Origin: the human T2T-CHM13v2.0 reference genome, Homo sapiens
NCBI RefSeq assembly: GCF_009914755.1
Contig: NC_060925.1
Strand: one strand, 5' to 3'
DNA length: 64,000 nt
Shown: one piece after another, positions 18,570-42,024 of the stretch
Numbering within the stretch: the stretch's first letter is position 1
Layout: each line of letters opens with the position of its first letter
Position numbers and translations under genes: made by a program
The notes under the pieces: model-generated
Told to the model about the DNA's origin: nothing
What the model saw: the letters and a program-made list of their open reading frames with translations, nothing else
Database searches by the model: none

Positions 18570-18990
18570 TGTAACGGTTAATACTGAGTGTCAACTTGAT
18601 TGGATTGAAGGACGCAAAGTATTGATCCTGGGTGTGTCTGTGAGGGTGTTGCAAAAAGAGATTAACATTTGAGTCAGTGGGCCGGGAACGGCAGATCCAC
18701 CCTTAATCTGGCACCCTAATCAGCTGCCAGTGCAGCTAGAATATAAGCAGGCAGAAAAATGTGAAAAGAGAGACTGGCCTAGCCTCCCAACCTACATCTT
18801 CCTCCCGTGCTGGCTGCTTCCTGCCCTCGAACATCAGACTCCAAGTTCTTCAGTTTTGGAACTCGGACTGGCTCTCCTTACTCCTCAGCCTGCAGATGGC
18901 CTATTGTGGGACCTTGTGATCATGTGAGTTAATAAACTCCCCTTTATTCTCCCATTAGTTCTGTCCCTTTAGAGAACCCTGACTAATACA
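18570..18990 (+). mobile_element. MLT2A (probably MLT2A2) HERV-L solo LTR
   Basis: tgtaacggttaatactgagtgtcaacttgattggattg...ctgactaataca; perfect 5-bp TSD GCTAC. Confidence 0.9.
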
Positions 18991-19229
18991 GCTACCCAGA
19001 GCGGTTTGTGATCACTGCCCGATCTCTTCTTCAGAGGCTGTGGCATTACTGACTCTGTTTTTACTGGGTTCATCCTATTCTCTTTCTCTCTCTCTCTCTT
19101 TTTTTTTTCTTTTGAAACAGGGTCGTGCTTTGTCACCAGGCTGGAGTACAGCAACATGATCTCAGCTCACTGCAACCTCTGCCTCCTGAGCTCAAGCAAT
19201 CCTCCTGTCTCAGCCTCCAGAGTACCTGA

Positions 19230-19421
<192 letters not shown>

Positions 19422-19832
19422 TAATGCAATTAGAAAGTCTTCTAATCATACAATAAAGCAAAGTGCAAATAGTTCTTATGCTTTCATCTTTAAAGGGCAA
19501 CCAAATGATTTAGAATATATATATTTGAAACTATAACCTAGAAAAGTCATATGACTTGGAAGTAAAAAGCTAAAGCAAAACACAAAATCTGGAAATATAT
19601 CATTCTGATCACAGAGAGAGGAGAGGTATATGTCACCAGATATTAAAAGGATCTTTTTTCAGTTATATAAAAAAGTCAAGCTATTCTGGAATATGCAATT
19701 ATTTAAAACATCCAGAAGTTTTTCTAAAAAACAAATTATGGTAGAAATTTGTTTATATATTCATTGCTAATTTCTTAGCACTTTAAATCCCTTAGGTGAA
19801 GGAAAATTCCTTAGGTTTTTATATTAAGGAAC

Positions 19833-20307
19833 TGTGGCAGGCAGAATAATCCCTCCTCACCCTAAGTCCATGTCCTAATCCTCAGAGTGAATATGTTACC
19901 TTACAGGACAAAAGGGATTTTGCAGGTGTGATGAAGTTAAGGATTTTGAGGCGGGGAGATTATCCTGGGCCCAGCGTAATCACAAGAGTCCTTATAAGTA
20001 AAAGAGGGAAACGGGAAAGTCAGAGCCAGAGATGCTGGAAGTGGAGGTCAGCGTGGTGCAATAGTTAGCTTTGAGATGAAGCGGGGCCATGAGCCAAGGA
20101 ATTCGGGCAGCATCTAGAAGCTGGAAAAGCCAAAGAACAGATTCTCCCCTAGAGCCCGCAGAAGGAACACAGCCCTGTGGACACCTTGATTTTAGCACCG
20201 TAAGATCCATTTCCATCATCTAACCTCTAAAACTGTAAGAAAATTAATTTGTGTTAAGTGGCTTCATTTGTGGTAATTTGTTATAGCAACAATATGAAAC
20301 TAATACA
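19833..20307 (+). mobile_element. MLT1D-like MaLR solo LTR
   Basis: tgtggcaggcagaataat...aaactaataca; TSD GGAAC/GGAGC. Confidence 0.85.
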
Positions 20308-20370
20308 GGAGCATTTTATTAGTCTTTTAGTACTTTGACTATCCCGTTCAGTCAGAATTGTGGCATTTAA

Positions 20371-20613
<243 letters not shown>

Positions 20614-21321
20614 TAGCCAGGATGGTCTCGATCTCCTGACCTCGTGATCCACCCGCCTCGGCCTCCCAAAGTGCTGGGATTACAAGCGTGAGCCACCGTG
20701 CCTGTCCAATTACATCTCATATTATCATGTTGGCTATAAAACTGTATGCACCCTTTTTATGGTTGCTAATAAAAATGTTTTTGCTCAAATATACTTGCTA
20801 TTTACCTTTAAGTGAATAATGTATTCCAGAATTAAAATCCAGGGCAAATATACACACAATAAGGAGCACCACTCTAGCAATACCAGACACATTTAGTAGA
20901 CATGACACATGCATTTAAATATGTGGAAAATTCTAAGCAGCTACCTATCAAATCTCAAGAGATAAAGTCCAGCAGCCCAACCACACTGGCTGTCAAACAG
21001 GCTGAAATTTGATTCAGAAAATAGAATCTGATTCAGAAGACAAAAATGGTAACGTTAACAATGCTATTTTGATGTGACCCTTTAGCAGAAAGCTGACCTT
21101 TTCGGCAGTTGTTAAAAAGCAAGGTATGTCTGTAGGAGAGAGCAGAGCTTGATAAATGAAGAAAACAGGTCTATCCCCATAATATAGAGAGAAATCACTG
21201 ACAATTTAGTCTCATCTTGTTCCACTATCATTTTAACAGTGGAAGCTGCCACTGCGAAAGCTCGCTGCATGGCACCTGTTAGGCCTCATTCTCATCTCGC
21301 AGTTCCCAGAATTCCTCTTGA

Positions 21322-21689
<368 letters not shown>

Positions 21690-22362
21690 TAAGGAATCCT
21701 AATTGCAACTTTTAAGGCTTGTAATTCCTCCAAATAACTAAAGCAATAGCACATACTCTAAAAAGAAAACTTTTCTTCCTTTGCCAATATATTGACAAAT
21801 TTGGAAAAGATAAAATCCCAACATAATGTTCATTGTTCTTATGATTATGACTCTTGAAACTTTATGCAGATAACTCTGTACACAGACTAGTCCCTCATCT
21901 TTCCCAAAATGCTTAAGAAAAACAAGAATGTTTAATCCAGATGCTGTTTTCTAAATTGGCCAATTCAGTTTAGCACTTACATCTTAAGAAAGTAAGCTTC
22001 AAAAATTCTCCTGTTTCTCCTGTGATGTGTCAATATCATTTGGCCTTTGGCTTCAATTAGGACATGAGTTGATTTCTTCTTAGCCCTAACTAATGGTCAT
22101 GTAGTAGACTGACTTTTCAAATAGTGTGTTTAGAATAAATTAGTTCATTACAGAACATTTTCTTTATTTTCAGCTGGCATCAATGTGGGCATCAAGGTGT
22201 CCTCCTACTAAGCAGTTTAATCTGAATTGGTAACATGGATTATATATACCTATAGTAACTTGGAGATTTTACTGTATTTCTCTTTTGAGATGTTTTACAT
22301 AATTTTTTTCTCCTTGATGTGCTACTAAACTGTCTGTAGAAAACTGTATGCTTTAAGTCTAA

Positions 22363-22557
<195 letters not shown>

Positions 22558-22900
22558 TAGCTGGGACTACAGGCATGTGCCACCACGCCCAGCTAATTTT
22601 TTTGTATTTTTAGTAGAGATGGGGTTTCACCATGTTGGCCAGGATGATCTCAATCTCGACCTCGTGATCCGCCGCCTCGACCTCCCAAAGTGCTGGGATC
22701 ATAGGCGTAAGCCATTGCGCCCGGCCAACTCCAGCCATTTTTAAGCTATACTTAAGATCTTTCTGTCTTACATTTCTGTAATGAGACAGCTAATCACAAC
22801 TAAGCGGGTTGGTTATAAAGATCTAAACCGGCCGGGCGCGGTGACTCATGCCTGTAATCCCAGCACTTTGGGAGGCCGAGGTGGGCGGATCACGAGGTCA

Positions 22901-23192
<292 letters not shown>

Positions 23193-23448
23193 CTACCCTC
23201 CAGAGAATTTCCCTGAGACGAGTACTGCCTTTCAGTTTTCTCTGTTGTGGGGACAGAAAGAATAATGGTAAGAGGCTGAGTAATGGCTGCATCATGAGGG
23301 TAGTCTAGACAAGCAACCCATGGATATGCAAGAGAAAGACTGTCTCCAGGGGTCCATGAAAGAGACTGCCTGAAGGTGGGTGGGATCTTGATGAGATGGA
23401 AAACCTTCCAGGCAGAGGGAAAAGTGTGAGCAAAGACAGAGAGATTTG

Positions 23449-23925
23449 TGTATTCATTTCCCAGGGCTGCTGGAACAAGGTACCACAAACTGGGTGGCTT
23501 AAAACAGCAGAAATCTCTCACAGTTCTGAAGGCCAGAAGTCTGACATAGAGTTGTGGGTGGGGCAATACTTTCTCTGAAGGCTCTAAGAGAGGATTTTCC
23601 TTGCTGCTTCTTAGCTTCTGGTGGTTGCAGACAATTCTTGGCATTCTTTGGTTTGTAGACACACATCACTCCAATCTCTGCCTCCACCGTGATATGTTGT
23701 TTTCTTTATATGTCTCTCTGTTCACATGTCCCCCAGCTCTGCGTCTGTATCTATATCTCCTCCTCTCATAGGTACATAGCTTATACTGGATTAGAGCCCA
23801 CCCACCCACTAGGACATCATCTTAACTACATCTACAATGACTCTATCTCCAAATAAGGTCACATTCATAGGTAGGCATTAGAACTTGAACATATCTTTTT
23901 GAAGGACACAATTCAACCCACAACA
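23449..23925 (-). mobile_element. MLT1B/C-like MaLR solo LTR within L2-like sequence
   Basis: tgtatt...ccacaaactgggtggcttaaaacagcagaaat...attcaacccacaaca. Confidence 0.8.
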
Positions 23926-24028
23926 TATGGTCATGAGAAGGTCAGTGTGGTCAGAAAGTAGAGTATATCTAGGGAAAGAGTGGAAGTAACTCAGGAAGAA
24001 GGGGCTGGAGTATAGAGAACCTTGATGA

Positions 24029-24373
<345 letters not shown>

Positions 24374-25050
24374 TAAGTAAAGGAGTATTACTGGCCAGGT
24401 GTGGTGGCTCACGCCTGTAATCTCAGCACTTTGGGAGGCCGAGTGGGTGGATCCCTTGAGCTCAGGAGTTTGCGACCAGCCTGGGCGACATGGCAAAACT
24501 TCGTCTCTACTAAAAATACAAAAATTTACTGGGCATGGTGGTGCATGCCTGTGATCCCGGCTACTTGGGGGGCTGAGGTGGGAGGCTGCTTGAGCTTGGG
24601 AGGCAGAGGCTGCAGTAAGCTGAGATCATGCCACTGCACTCTAGCCTGGGCGACAGACTGAGACACCATCTCAAAAAAATAAATTAATTAATTAATTAAT
24701 TAATTAAATTAAAAGGAGTATTACTAATAAAGTTGTCCATTTGGGAAAATTGATTTGTCATTATTATTTAAAATTCATTATAGTAGAAAAAGAGAAAAGA
24801 ATAGGAAAAGTCAGAGAGCTACTTCAGGAATAGAGGGGGTTCGTGATGCATCAAATAAAATAGTCCATAGATCTGTAAAGAATGGGACATACAAGACAGC
24901 CTGGTTATAAGAGATGAGGTATGACTGAAGTTGGGGACTAGGAGAATAGTGTTAGAATTATTATCATTGTTACATTAATCAAACTGCATTCTAACACCAA
25001 TTCTCGGGTGTCAACTGGGTGTTCTACATTTCAATTCTGATACTACCTAC

Positions 25051-25525
25051 TGAGAAATAAAAATGAAATCCTAAGTACTCCCAGCCAACTGAATGGGCCC
25101 CCTCTTGGTCAAGAGACCACTGTCCGTGGACTTGTTCTGGCCACTTTACAGAGGCTGTACACAGGATGCCTCTATGTCCTCCATTTCACTTTCTGACATT
25201 ACAGCCTAATTTTAATTACTTTCTGACATTACAGCCTAATTTTAATACATTTAAATATTAAGTCACCACCCCAAAGTAAACATGTGACATTTGTAACACG
25301 CATTTTGACTTACTAGCATGTGCCCCCCTCTTTATGAATATTCACAGCTCCTCCTGTAACCTGTTGACTGTATACAAAGCCAATCCATTCAGCATAAATT
25401 CCTGCCTCACCCTCTCCTCCCTCAAAGTGCCTGCTTTCAGTTTCTACCAGAGGCTACACTTCCCAGCCTGCAGGCTGCAATCCTTCATAAAAAATAAAAC
25501 TCTTGTTTCCAAATTTATGAACCTT
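25051..25525 (+). mobile_element. MER4-group ERV1 LTR (MER49/MER72-like)
   Basis: Starts tgagaaataaaaatgaaatcctaag...; AATAAA near 3' end; subfamily from memory. Confidence 0.6.
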
Positions 25526-25839
25526 AAGTGCAGAATCCACAGGTTAAGGACAAAGTCCTTCACAAAATTGCATCTTGGGTGTCCCCAAACCACCCAAACT
25601 TCTGCCCACACAACTATAAATTCGGGGCTTCCCACAACCTCCTCAGGTTCAATAATTTGCTAGAACAACCCAGAACCCACTGTTCTGGGTAAATAATACA
25701 ACTGTTATTTAACATCACATTTGTATCATAAAGAATAGCATTCACAGCCAGGCGCGGTGGCCCATGCCTGTAATCCCAGCACTTTGGGAGGCTGAGGCGG
25801 ACGGATCATGAGGTCAGGAGATTGAGACCATCCTGGCTA

Positions 25840-26229
<390 letters not shown>

Positions 26230-26484
26230 CTACTCAGACAGAGGCTGAGGTGGGAGGATCACTTGAGCCCAAGAAGCCAAGGCTGCAGTGAGCCATGTTT
26301 GTGCCACTGTACTCCAGCCTGGATGACAGACCTGAATGACAATTTTCTTTGCCTCAAAAAAAAAAAAAAAAGGAATACAATTCAATAAAACAAAAAACCA
26401 GGGCGTGGTGATATGCACCTGTAGTCCCAACTACTTGAGAGGCCTGAGGCAGGAGGACTGCTTGAGTCCAGGAGCTTGAGGCTA

Positions 26485-26852
<368 letters not shown>

Positions 26853-26941
26853 TCAAAAAAAAAAGAAAGAAAGAAAGAAACCAGGCGTGGTGGCTCACAC
26901 CTGTAATCCCAGCACTTTGGGAGGCCGAGGTAGGCGGATCA

Positions 26942-27259
<318 letters not shown>

Positions 27260-27875
27260 TCATGGAATCTGGGTACATCACCCTCCCTGTACATCAACGT
27301 GTTCACAAACTAGGAAGCTCCACTGAGCCTTGGAGTCTAGAGTATTTACTAGGTTTTCATTATGTAGGGCATGATTCATGAAATCATTGGCCACTTGATT
27401 GAACCCAATCTCTAGACTCTCTCTCCTCCAAGAAGATCAGGGTTGCCGGGAGTAGGGTAGGTCAGTAAAATTGAAAGATTGAAAGTTCAGTCCTCTGAAC
27501 CTATGCTTGGTCTTTCTGGTGTGACCAGCCAGTCCCTTGAAAATATCAAAGGACTCACAGTGTGTTAATTCAGTCACATCAACTCAGGTATGGTCAAAAG
27601 AGGATCATAAAGAATAACAAAAAAATATCCCTTTCTGTCCCTTAGGAAATTCTAAGGGTTTTAGTTTGTTTTTAGAGATGGGGGTCTCACTCCATTACTC
27701 AGTCTGGAGGGCAGTGGTGCAGTCATAGCTCATTGCAGCCTCAAACTCCTGGACTCAAGCAATCTTCCTGCATCAGCCTCTCAAAGTGCTGGAATTACAG
27801 GCGTGAGCCACTGTGCCCATTTTCCAAGGGTTTTTGAACCCATGTGCTGGCAACCAGAGACAAAGATCAGACATA

Positions 27876-32069
<4,194 letters not shown>

Positions 32070-33657
32070 TAGCCAGGATGGTCTCGATCTCCTGACCTCA
32101 TGATCCACCCGCCTTGGCCTCCCAAAGTGCTGGGATTACAGGTGTGAGCCACCGCGCCCGGCAATTTATGTATTTTTAGTAGAGATGGGGCTTCACCATC
32201 TTGGCCAGGCTGGTCTCAAACTCCTAACCTCAGGTGATCCGCCTGCCTCAGCCTCCCAAGGTGCTCGGATTACAGGCTTGAGCCACCGTGCCAAGCCTTT
32301 ATTATATCACATACATTTTAATAAATGATATTTATTAAGGATTAAGGACTAGATATATAACAGGCACATTTAACTCTCATACCAACCTTATTTATCATCT
32401 CTATTTTACAGGTGAGGAGATTGAAACGCAGGGACTATATAATGAGCCCCAAGATCGTAATATCAGTAATTGGTAGAGTAAGGATTCAAAGCCAGGTCAG
32501 TTCACTCAAGAGCCTGTGCTGGTAACAACTGATACTTCCTCCCTGTGTCCTCAAGCAAGTCACTTAACCCCACAGATTTTGGTTTTCCATGCAGTTAAGA
32601 TAGAGAAGGTGGACTCCATGATTACTAATGTTCCTTTCAACTCTAGTGTTTCCCCTTTTCATTTAAATTGTTTCAAGGCTGGGCATCGTGGCTCACGCCT
32701 GTAATCCTAATACTTTGGGAGGTCAAGGCAGGCAGATCACTTGAAGTCAGGAGTTCCAGACCAGCATGGGCAACGTGGTGAAACCCTGTCTCTACAAAAA
32801 TACAAAATTAGTGGGGCTTGGTGGTGTGTGCCTGTAGTCCCAGCTACTCCAGATGTTGAGGCACGAGAATCGCTTGAACCCGGGAGACGGAGGTTGTAAG
32901 CTGAGATTGCCCCACTGCACTCCAGCCTGGGCAACAGATCGAGACTCTCTTAAATAAATAAATAAACAAATAGTTTCAAAACACCACTCTTTTTTTTTTC
33001 TTTTTTTTTTTTTTTGAGACGGAGTCTCGCTCTGTCGCCCAGTCTGGAGTGCAGTGGCGCGATCTCGGCTGACTGCAACCTCTGCCTTCCATGTTCAAGC
33101 TAGTCTCCCGCCTCAGCCTCTCAAGTAGCTGAGATTACAGACATACACCACCACACCCAGCTAATTTTTTTGTATGTTTAGTAGAGATGGGGTTTCCCCA
33201 TATTGGCCAGGCTGGTCTCAAACTCCTGACCTCAAGTGATCTGCTCACATGGGCCTCCCAAAGTGCTGGGATTACAGGTGTGAGCCACCACACCTGGCCA
33301 AAACACCATTCTTAATGGCTGCATAATATCCTACTTATGAGTAAAAGATAATTTACTATTACCGTACTGCTGGACATTTAGGCTGCTTCCAGTTTTTCCT
33401 TAACACAATTATCCTCGCAATGAACATTCTGGTGTTTTACAGATTATTTTTTTAGAATAAATCCTTAGAAATAATTCTATCACCATCCATTCCTGTAATG
33501 AGTTTTTTTTTTAAGTTTTGTTCATCTAATCAATGTAATTTAAGCTGTGTTATCTTACTATACCTGTTTTTTAAAACCAGTATTATGCCACTATGGGGAC
33601 TTAGTAAGAAAAAATAAAACACATTTTACTCTTGCCTGATTTCTTTAAGATTTTTAA

Positions 33658-34434
<777 letters not shown>

Positions 34435-34744
34435 TATATCAGGTCTAGGCCGTGTGTGGTGGCTCACGCCTGTAATCCCAGCACTTTGGGAGGCCGAGGC
34501 AGGCAGATCACGAGGTCAGGAGATCAAGAGCATCCTGGCTAATACGGTGAAACCCCGTCTCTACTGAAAATACAAAAAAAAAAAAAATTAGCCAGGCGCG
34601 GTGGCGGGCGCCTGTAGTCCCAGCTACTCAGGAGGCTGAGGCAGAATGGCATGAACCCGGGAGGCAGAGCTTGCAGTGAGCGGAGATGCGCCACTGTGCT
34701 CCAGCCTGGGCAACAGAGCGAGACTCCGTCTCAAAAAAAAAAAA

Positions 34745-34986
34745 GAGAAGGTACTTTGTAATATCCTACCCCACCCTTAAGAAGGTACTTTGTAATATTT
34801 TCCCCACCCTTGAGAATGTGCTTTGTAAGATCTACCCCTCTGCCTGCAAAAAATTGCTCCTAACTCCACCGTCTATCCCAAACCTGTAAGAACTAATGAT
34901 AATCCCACCACCCTTTGCTGACTCCTTTTTCGGACTCAGCTTGCCTGCACCCAGGTGAAGTAAACAGCCGTGTTGTTAAAAAAAAA
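34745..34986 (+). mobile_element. LTR7 (HERV-H) U3-R fragment ending in an A9 tract
   Basis: ccccacccttgagaatgt, aagaactaatgataatcccaccaccctttgctgactc, gcctgcacccaggtga motifs. Confidence 0.8.
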
Positions 34987-35593
34987 TTTTTTTTGTTTGC
35001 ATTTCTCTTGTTAAACTGTCTTTTGTTATGTGGCCTCAGCCATGAACCAATGGGTGAGGAAACAATATTATATATCCTTAGGTCTTGGACATGGAAATCA
35101 ATAAATATTTATTAAATAAGTAAATTTGTCTTGTACTTTTTTGTTTACTCTTTTAGATAACCTTTAGAAAATTTCCATTAGCCGGGTGTGGTGGCACGTG
35201 CCTGTAGTCCCAGCTACTCAGGAGGCTGAGGCAGGATAATTGCCTGAACCCGGGAGGCAGAGATTTCAGTGAGCTAAGATCACGCCACCGCACTCCAGCT
35301 TGGGCAACAGAGTGAGACTCCATCTCAAAAAAAAAAATTTTTTTTCATGGTTTCCTCCCTATAAAAAAAATCCAGTGGGAATTTAGATGGGAACTGCGTT
35401 GAATTTTTAAATTGATTGAGGACAGGCTAAAATCTTCACAATGTTTAGCCTTTTCATCTAAAACTTAGCATGCCTCTCCTTTTACTCACTGGTGAAAAAT
35501 TAAGAGTGTTTCTATTAAAGGGTGTTTCTAATTTTTTCTCTCTAGTAATAGTTTGATAGTTTGTATTATATAGCTCAAACAAGTCCTCAGTAA

Positions 35594-35872
<279 letters not shown>

Positions 35873-36164
35873 TAGTAGAGATGGGTTTTCCCCATGTTGG
35901 CCAAGCTGGTCTCTAACTCCTGGCCTCAAGTGATCTGCCTGCCTCGGCCTCCCAAAGTGCTGGGATTACAGAAAACAGCACCTGGCATGAGCCCCTGCAC
36001 CTGGTCTAGAGTGTTTTTTTTCTGAACAACTTCATTAATTCAAATAGTTTAGTTGAGCACAAAGATTCCATCATCTGCTTTTCTCCCAGAATTTAAGCCA
36101 CTTATTTATTTACTATCTTATTGTATTTGTCGGAACTTCTATAACAACGTCAAATTATAGAGGC

Positions 36165-37069
<905 letters not shown>

Positions 37070-37072
37070 TCA

Positions 37073-37824
<752 letters not shown>

Positions 37825-38049
37825 CTAATAGTGCTGAGCGTACTGCTGCCAAAGTCAGACAAACTGAACACAACAAATACTAAAACCTCTAGAAAGAATA
37901 GTGTGGATCAGGGTAGGTTCCTCATACTTGTCAAACACATAAAATATCCCTCTAGCACCCTCTCCTCCACTTCTATGCTCACCTGAGAGGATTCTGATTG
38001 TGCACTTGGCCTCTCAGTTACCTTTCCTAGAAGGGATACACGAGACCTT

Positions 38050-38859
<810 letters not shown>

Positions 38860-39050
38860 TGAACAATAATACCATAAACAATGTAAATATACATTCTCCC
38901 TGTAAATTAATAAATTGACAACTTGATTTAGAAATCTGACTTTGGTGAATTTTCACGGCACAAGTCTGTCCCTCACATATTGATCGATTTTGTATTTACA
39001 AACTCAAATACATCTCCTTCTATAGCCCTGCAAAATGAAGGATCACGCCT

Positions 39051-39226
39051 TCACTGAAGTGAGCAAATCAAAGTTTTGGCATCTTCTGAGCTTTCTGGGC
39101 ACAAGCTGTCAGCTCAGCCATTTCTCTGCCTGCAATTTCGCTCTTGGTTTATAATCTTGGGTTTAGGCTGTTTTTCAAGGGATAGAGTTGGTATCATTCA
39201 TATTTGTTTTCCTATCACTTATGTTC
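39051..39226 (-). pseudogene. Probable terminal pseudo-exon l (starts phase 2; one inferred frameshift near 39180)
   Basis: cctttgtttaag| after a 76-nt intron; NISDRKTNMNDTNSI / LEKQPKPKIINQERNCRQRNG*ADSLCPESSEDAKTLICSLQ*. Confidence 0.55.
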
Positions 39227-39302
39227 CTTAAACAAAGGATTTTAAAAGTTTGTTAAATATTCTACATTTTATGCCTTTGATCATAGCTGTAAGACTGCTT
39301 GC

Positions 39303-39390
39303 CTTGAAAAGGATTTGCACATAATTCTCCATGGTTTTTTTCTTAATATGTTAATTGCAAACCGCTTGTAAAGATTGAGTACATGAAGAT
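39303..39390 (-). pseudogene. Pseudo-exon k (88 nt, phase 1-2; GC donor)
   Basis: ctgtctttcag|...TCAAG|gcaagc; LHVLNLYKRFAINILRKKPWRIMCKSFS(R), no stops. Confidence 0.7.
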
Positions 39391-39686
39391 CTGAAAGACA
39401 GCAGTTATTTACAGTCATGTAAAGTAAAAATGGCAAGTGATATCTAATTAATAGCTAATAACCTAATAATATGGAGTGGAAACTTGATAACCATTACAGC
39501 ACACTGTATTTTATTATCAAGGACAGAGCCTTAGAGACAGACCACAGAATTGATATTTCATCATTATGCGATGGCCTACATTATATGACCTCTTATTTGT
39601 CCCTCAACTCCAATAGCAACCTCAAGGCTGATATAGAATAGCAGTGGAAAGGAAAATAAATGACACAAAAAGAAAAGTAGGTTTAT

Positions 39687-39853
39687 CATGGGACCAATGT
39701 AGTGCTTTGGCCTCATAGCAGAGACCAGATGGTAGCAGCTCCTCTCTCAGCAGGTAGCTCTTCAATATCCTACGGGTTGTAAACAACAAATTCACATCAT
39801 CTCCACCTGCTAATAATTATTTTTTAAAATATTGCGGCAACATCGAAACAATG
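39687..39853 (-). pseudogene. Pseudo-exon j (167 nt, phase 2-1; donor decayed to AT)
   Basis: gtattttcag|...CATG|ataaac; IVSMLPQYFKK*LLAGGDDVNLLFTTRRILKSYLLREELLPSGLCYEAKALHWSH(D). Confidence 0.7.
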
Positions 39854-39896
39854 CTGAAAATACAATCCCTCAATATAAGAAAAAAAGTTTTCCTAA

Positions 39897-40183
<287 letters not shown>

Positions 40184-40426
40184 TAGTAGAGACGAGGTTT
40201 CACCATATTGGCCAGGCTGCTCTCCAACTCCTGACCTTGTGATCCACCTGCCTCGGCGTCCCAAAGTGTTGGGATTACAGGCGTGAGCCACAGCGCTCGG
40301 CCTCTTTTTTTTAAATAAAGTAAATGGCCCTCATTTTACCCAATTTTGTGACTTTGTAAAAGCCAATGAAAATGCCTGAGAAACTACTGACATTAGTTTT
40401 ACTGCAGTTAAATATTTGTTAACTTT

Positions 40427-40720
40427 GCCAGGCGCGGTGTCCCGTGCCTGTAGTCCCAGCTACTTGGGAGGCTGAGGCAGGAGACGGCTTGAGCCCAGGA
40501 GTTCTGGGCTGTAGTGTGCTATACCGATCGCGTGTCCGCACTAAGTTCGGCACCAATATGGTGACCTCCCAGGAACAGGGGACCACGAGGTTGCCTAAAG
40601 GGAGGGGTAAACTGGCCAAGGTCAGAAATAGAGCAGGTCAAAACTCCCGTGCGGATCAGTAGCAGGATCGTGCTTGTGAATAGCCACTGCACTCCACCCT
40701 GGGTAACAGACCCTGTCTCT
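40427..40720 (+). pseudogene. Full-length 7SL (SRP RNA) pseudogene
   Basis: Alu-like ends enclosing the 7SL S-domain (gtgtccgcactaagttcggca...ggttgcctaa...gagcaggtcaaaactcccgtg); many substitutions. Confidence 0.95.
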
Positions 40721-40721
40721 C

Positions 40722-40773
<52 letters not shown>
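40722..40773 (+). repeat. (TAGA)13 microsatellite
   Basis: Perfect array directly after the 7SL copy. Confidence 0.97.
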
Positions 40774-40849
40774 GCGTATATATATACATATGCTAATTCT
40801 ATAGAAACATGTAACTGTCCTTTGACATTTTAATAAAAATTGTGTATAC

Positions 40850-40936
40850 AAGATTTCAAATTTAATTATTCTCTTCTCCTTCCATAGGATCAAAGACATC
40901 TTTTGGTTGCACAAGAAAAAGTGAAGCAAATATTCT
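40850..40936 (-). pseudogene. Pseudo-exon i (87 nt, phase 2-2)
   Basis: cacttttcag|...ATCTT|gtatac; [28 protein letters not shown](F), no stops. Confidence 0.6.
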
Positions 40937-40983
40937 CTGAAAAGTGACTGATGCCAATAAAACGTATAATTTTTGTATGTTTA

Positions 40984-41187
<204 letters not shown>

Positions 41188-41256
41188 TTAAGACACTTCT
41201 AACAAACTATAATTTAGTTGTCCTAATTAAAAGAAGAAAAATGTTAATAATCTCAC

Positions 41257-41476
41257 ACAGTGACCTCTACAAAATGTCCCTCAATGGACCCATTCTTTTC
41301 TTCGGAGAGAGAGGAAAAGGATCCTACATCTTATACCTTAAAGCTCTTAATCACTTTACATGTGGGCTACATGTCATTTTTCAACGGTTTCCCTCTGGGT
41401 AGCTGGTTGCTCCAATATTTTCCAGAATTGATTCGTTCTTAGGTACCAACTTGACCGTTCAATTCAGCAATTCTGG
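41257..41476 (-). pseudogene. Pseudo-exon h (220 nt, phase 1-2)
   Basis: ttctattttaaag|...ACTGT|gtgaga; (A)RIAELNGQVGT*ERINSGKYWSNQLPRGKPLKNDM*PTCKVIKSFKV*DVGSFSSLSEEKNGSIEGHFVEVT(V). Confidence 0.6.
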
Positions 41477-42024
41477 CTTTAAAATAGAAGAAAAGGCCGG
41501 GCGCGGTGGCTCACGCCTGTAATCCCAGCACTTTGGGAGGCCGAGGAGGGCAGATCACGAGGTCAGGAGATCGAGACCATCCTGGCTAACACGGTGAAAT
41601 CCTATCTCCACTTAACATACAAAATATTAGCCAGGCGTGGTGGCGGGCGCCTATAGTCCCAGCTACTCGAGGCAGGAGAATGGCGTGAACCTGGGAGGCA
41701 GAGCTTGCAGTGAGCCGAGATCGTGCCACTGTGCTCCAGCCTGGGCGACAGAGCAAGACTCTGTCTCAAAAAAATAAATAAATAAATAAATAATAAAATA
41801 AAATAGAAGAAAAATAGGAGTAGGAACAACGTGGAATAGTAGGTTAGCCCCTGGGGACAAGAAGAGAAATTCACTTAAGCAAAGGTCACCTAAGTGCAAA
41901 CTTGAACCAGACTGTGCACAAACAAGTGACAGAAGCGAAAGTGACCTCAGCTGCAAACGCAGCACTTGATAAACCACACTCATGATCAGCCCTCATTTCC
42001 ACCTTAGAGAGATTGAAAACATAC

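Noticed and set aside
18067-18672. Longest ORF (201 aa)
   Set aside because: Chance read-through of an antisense Alu, spacer and MLT2A start, from a GTG start codon
40427-40720. Functional 7SL gene
   Set aside because: Many substitutions, a 3' deletion and no oligo-T terminator
40862-40936. Alternative frame [24 protein letters not shown] for pseudo-exon i
   Set aside because: Needs a weaker upstream donor, hits two stops and does not match the next exon's phase; the EYLLHFF frame fits better
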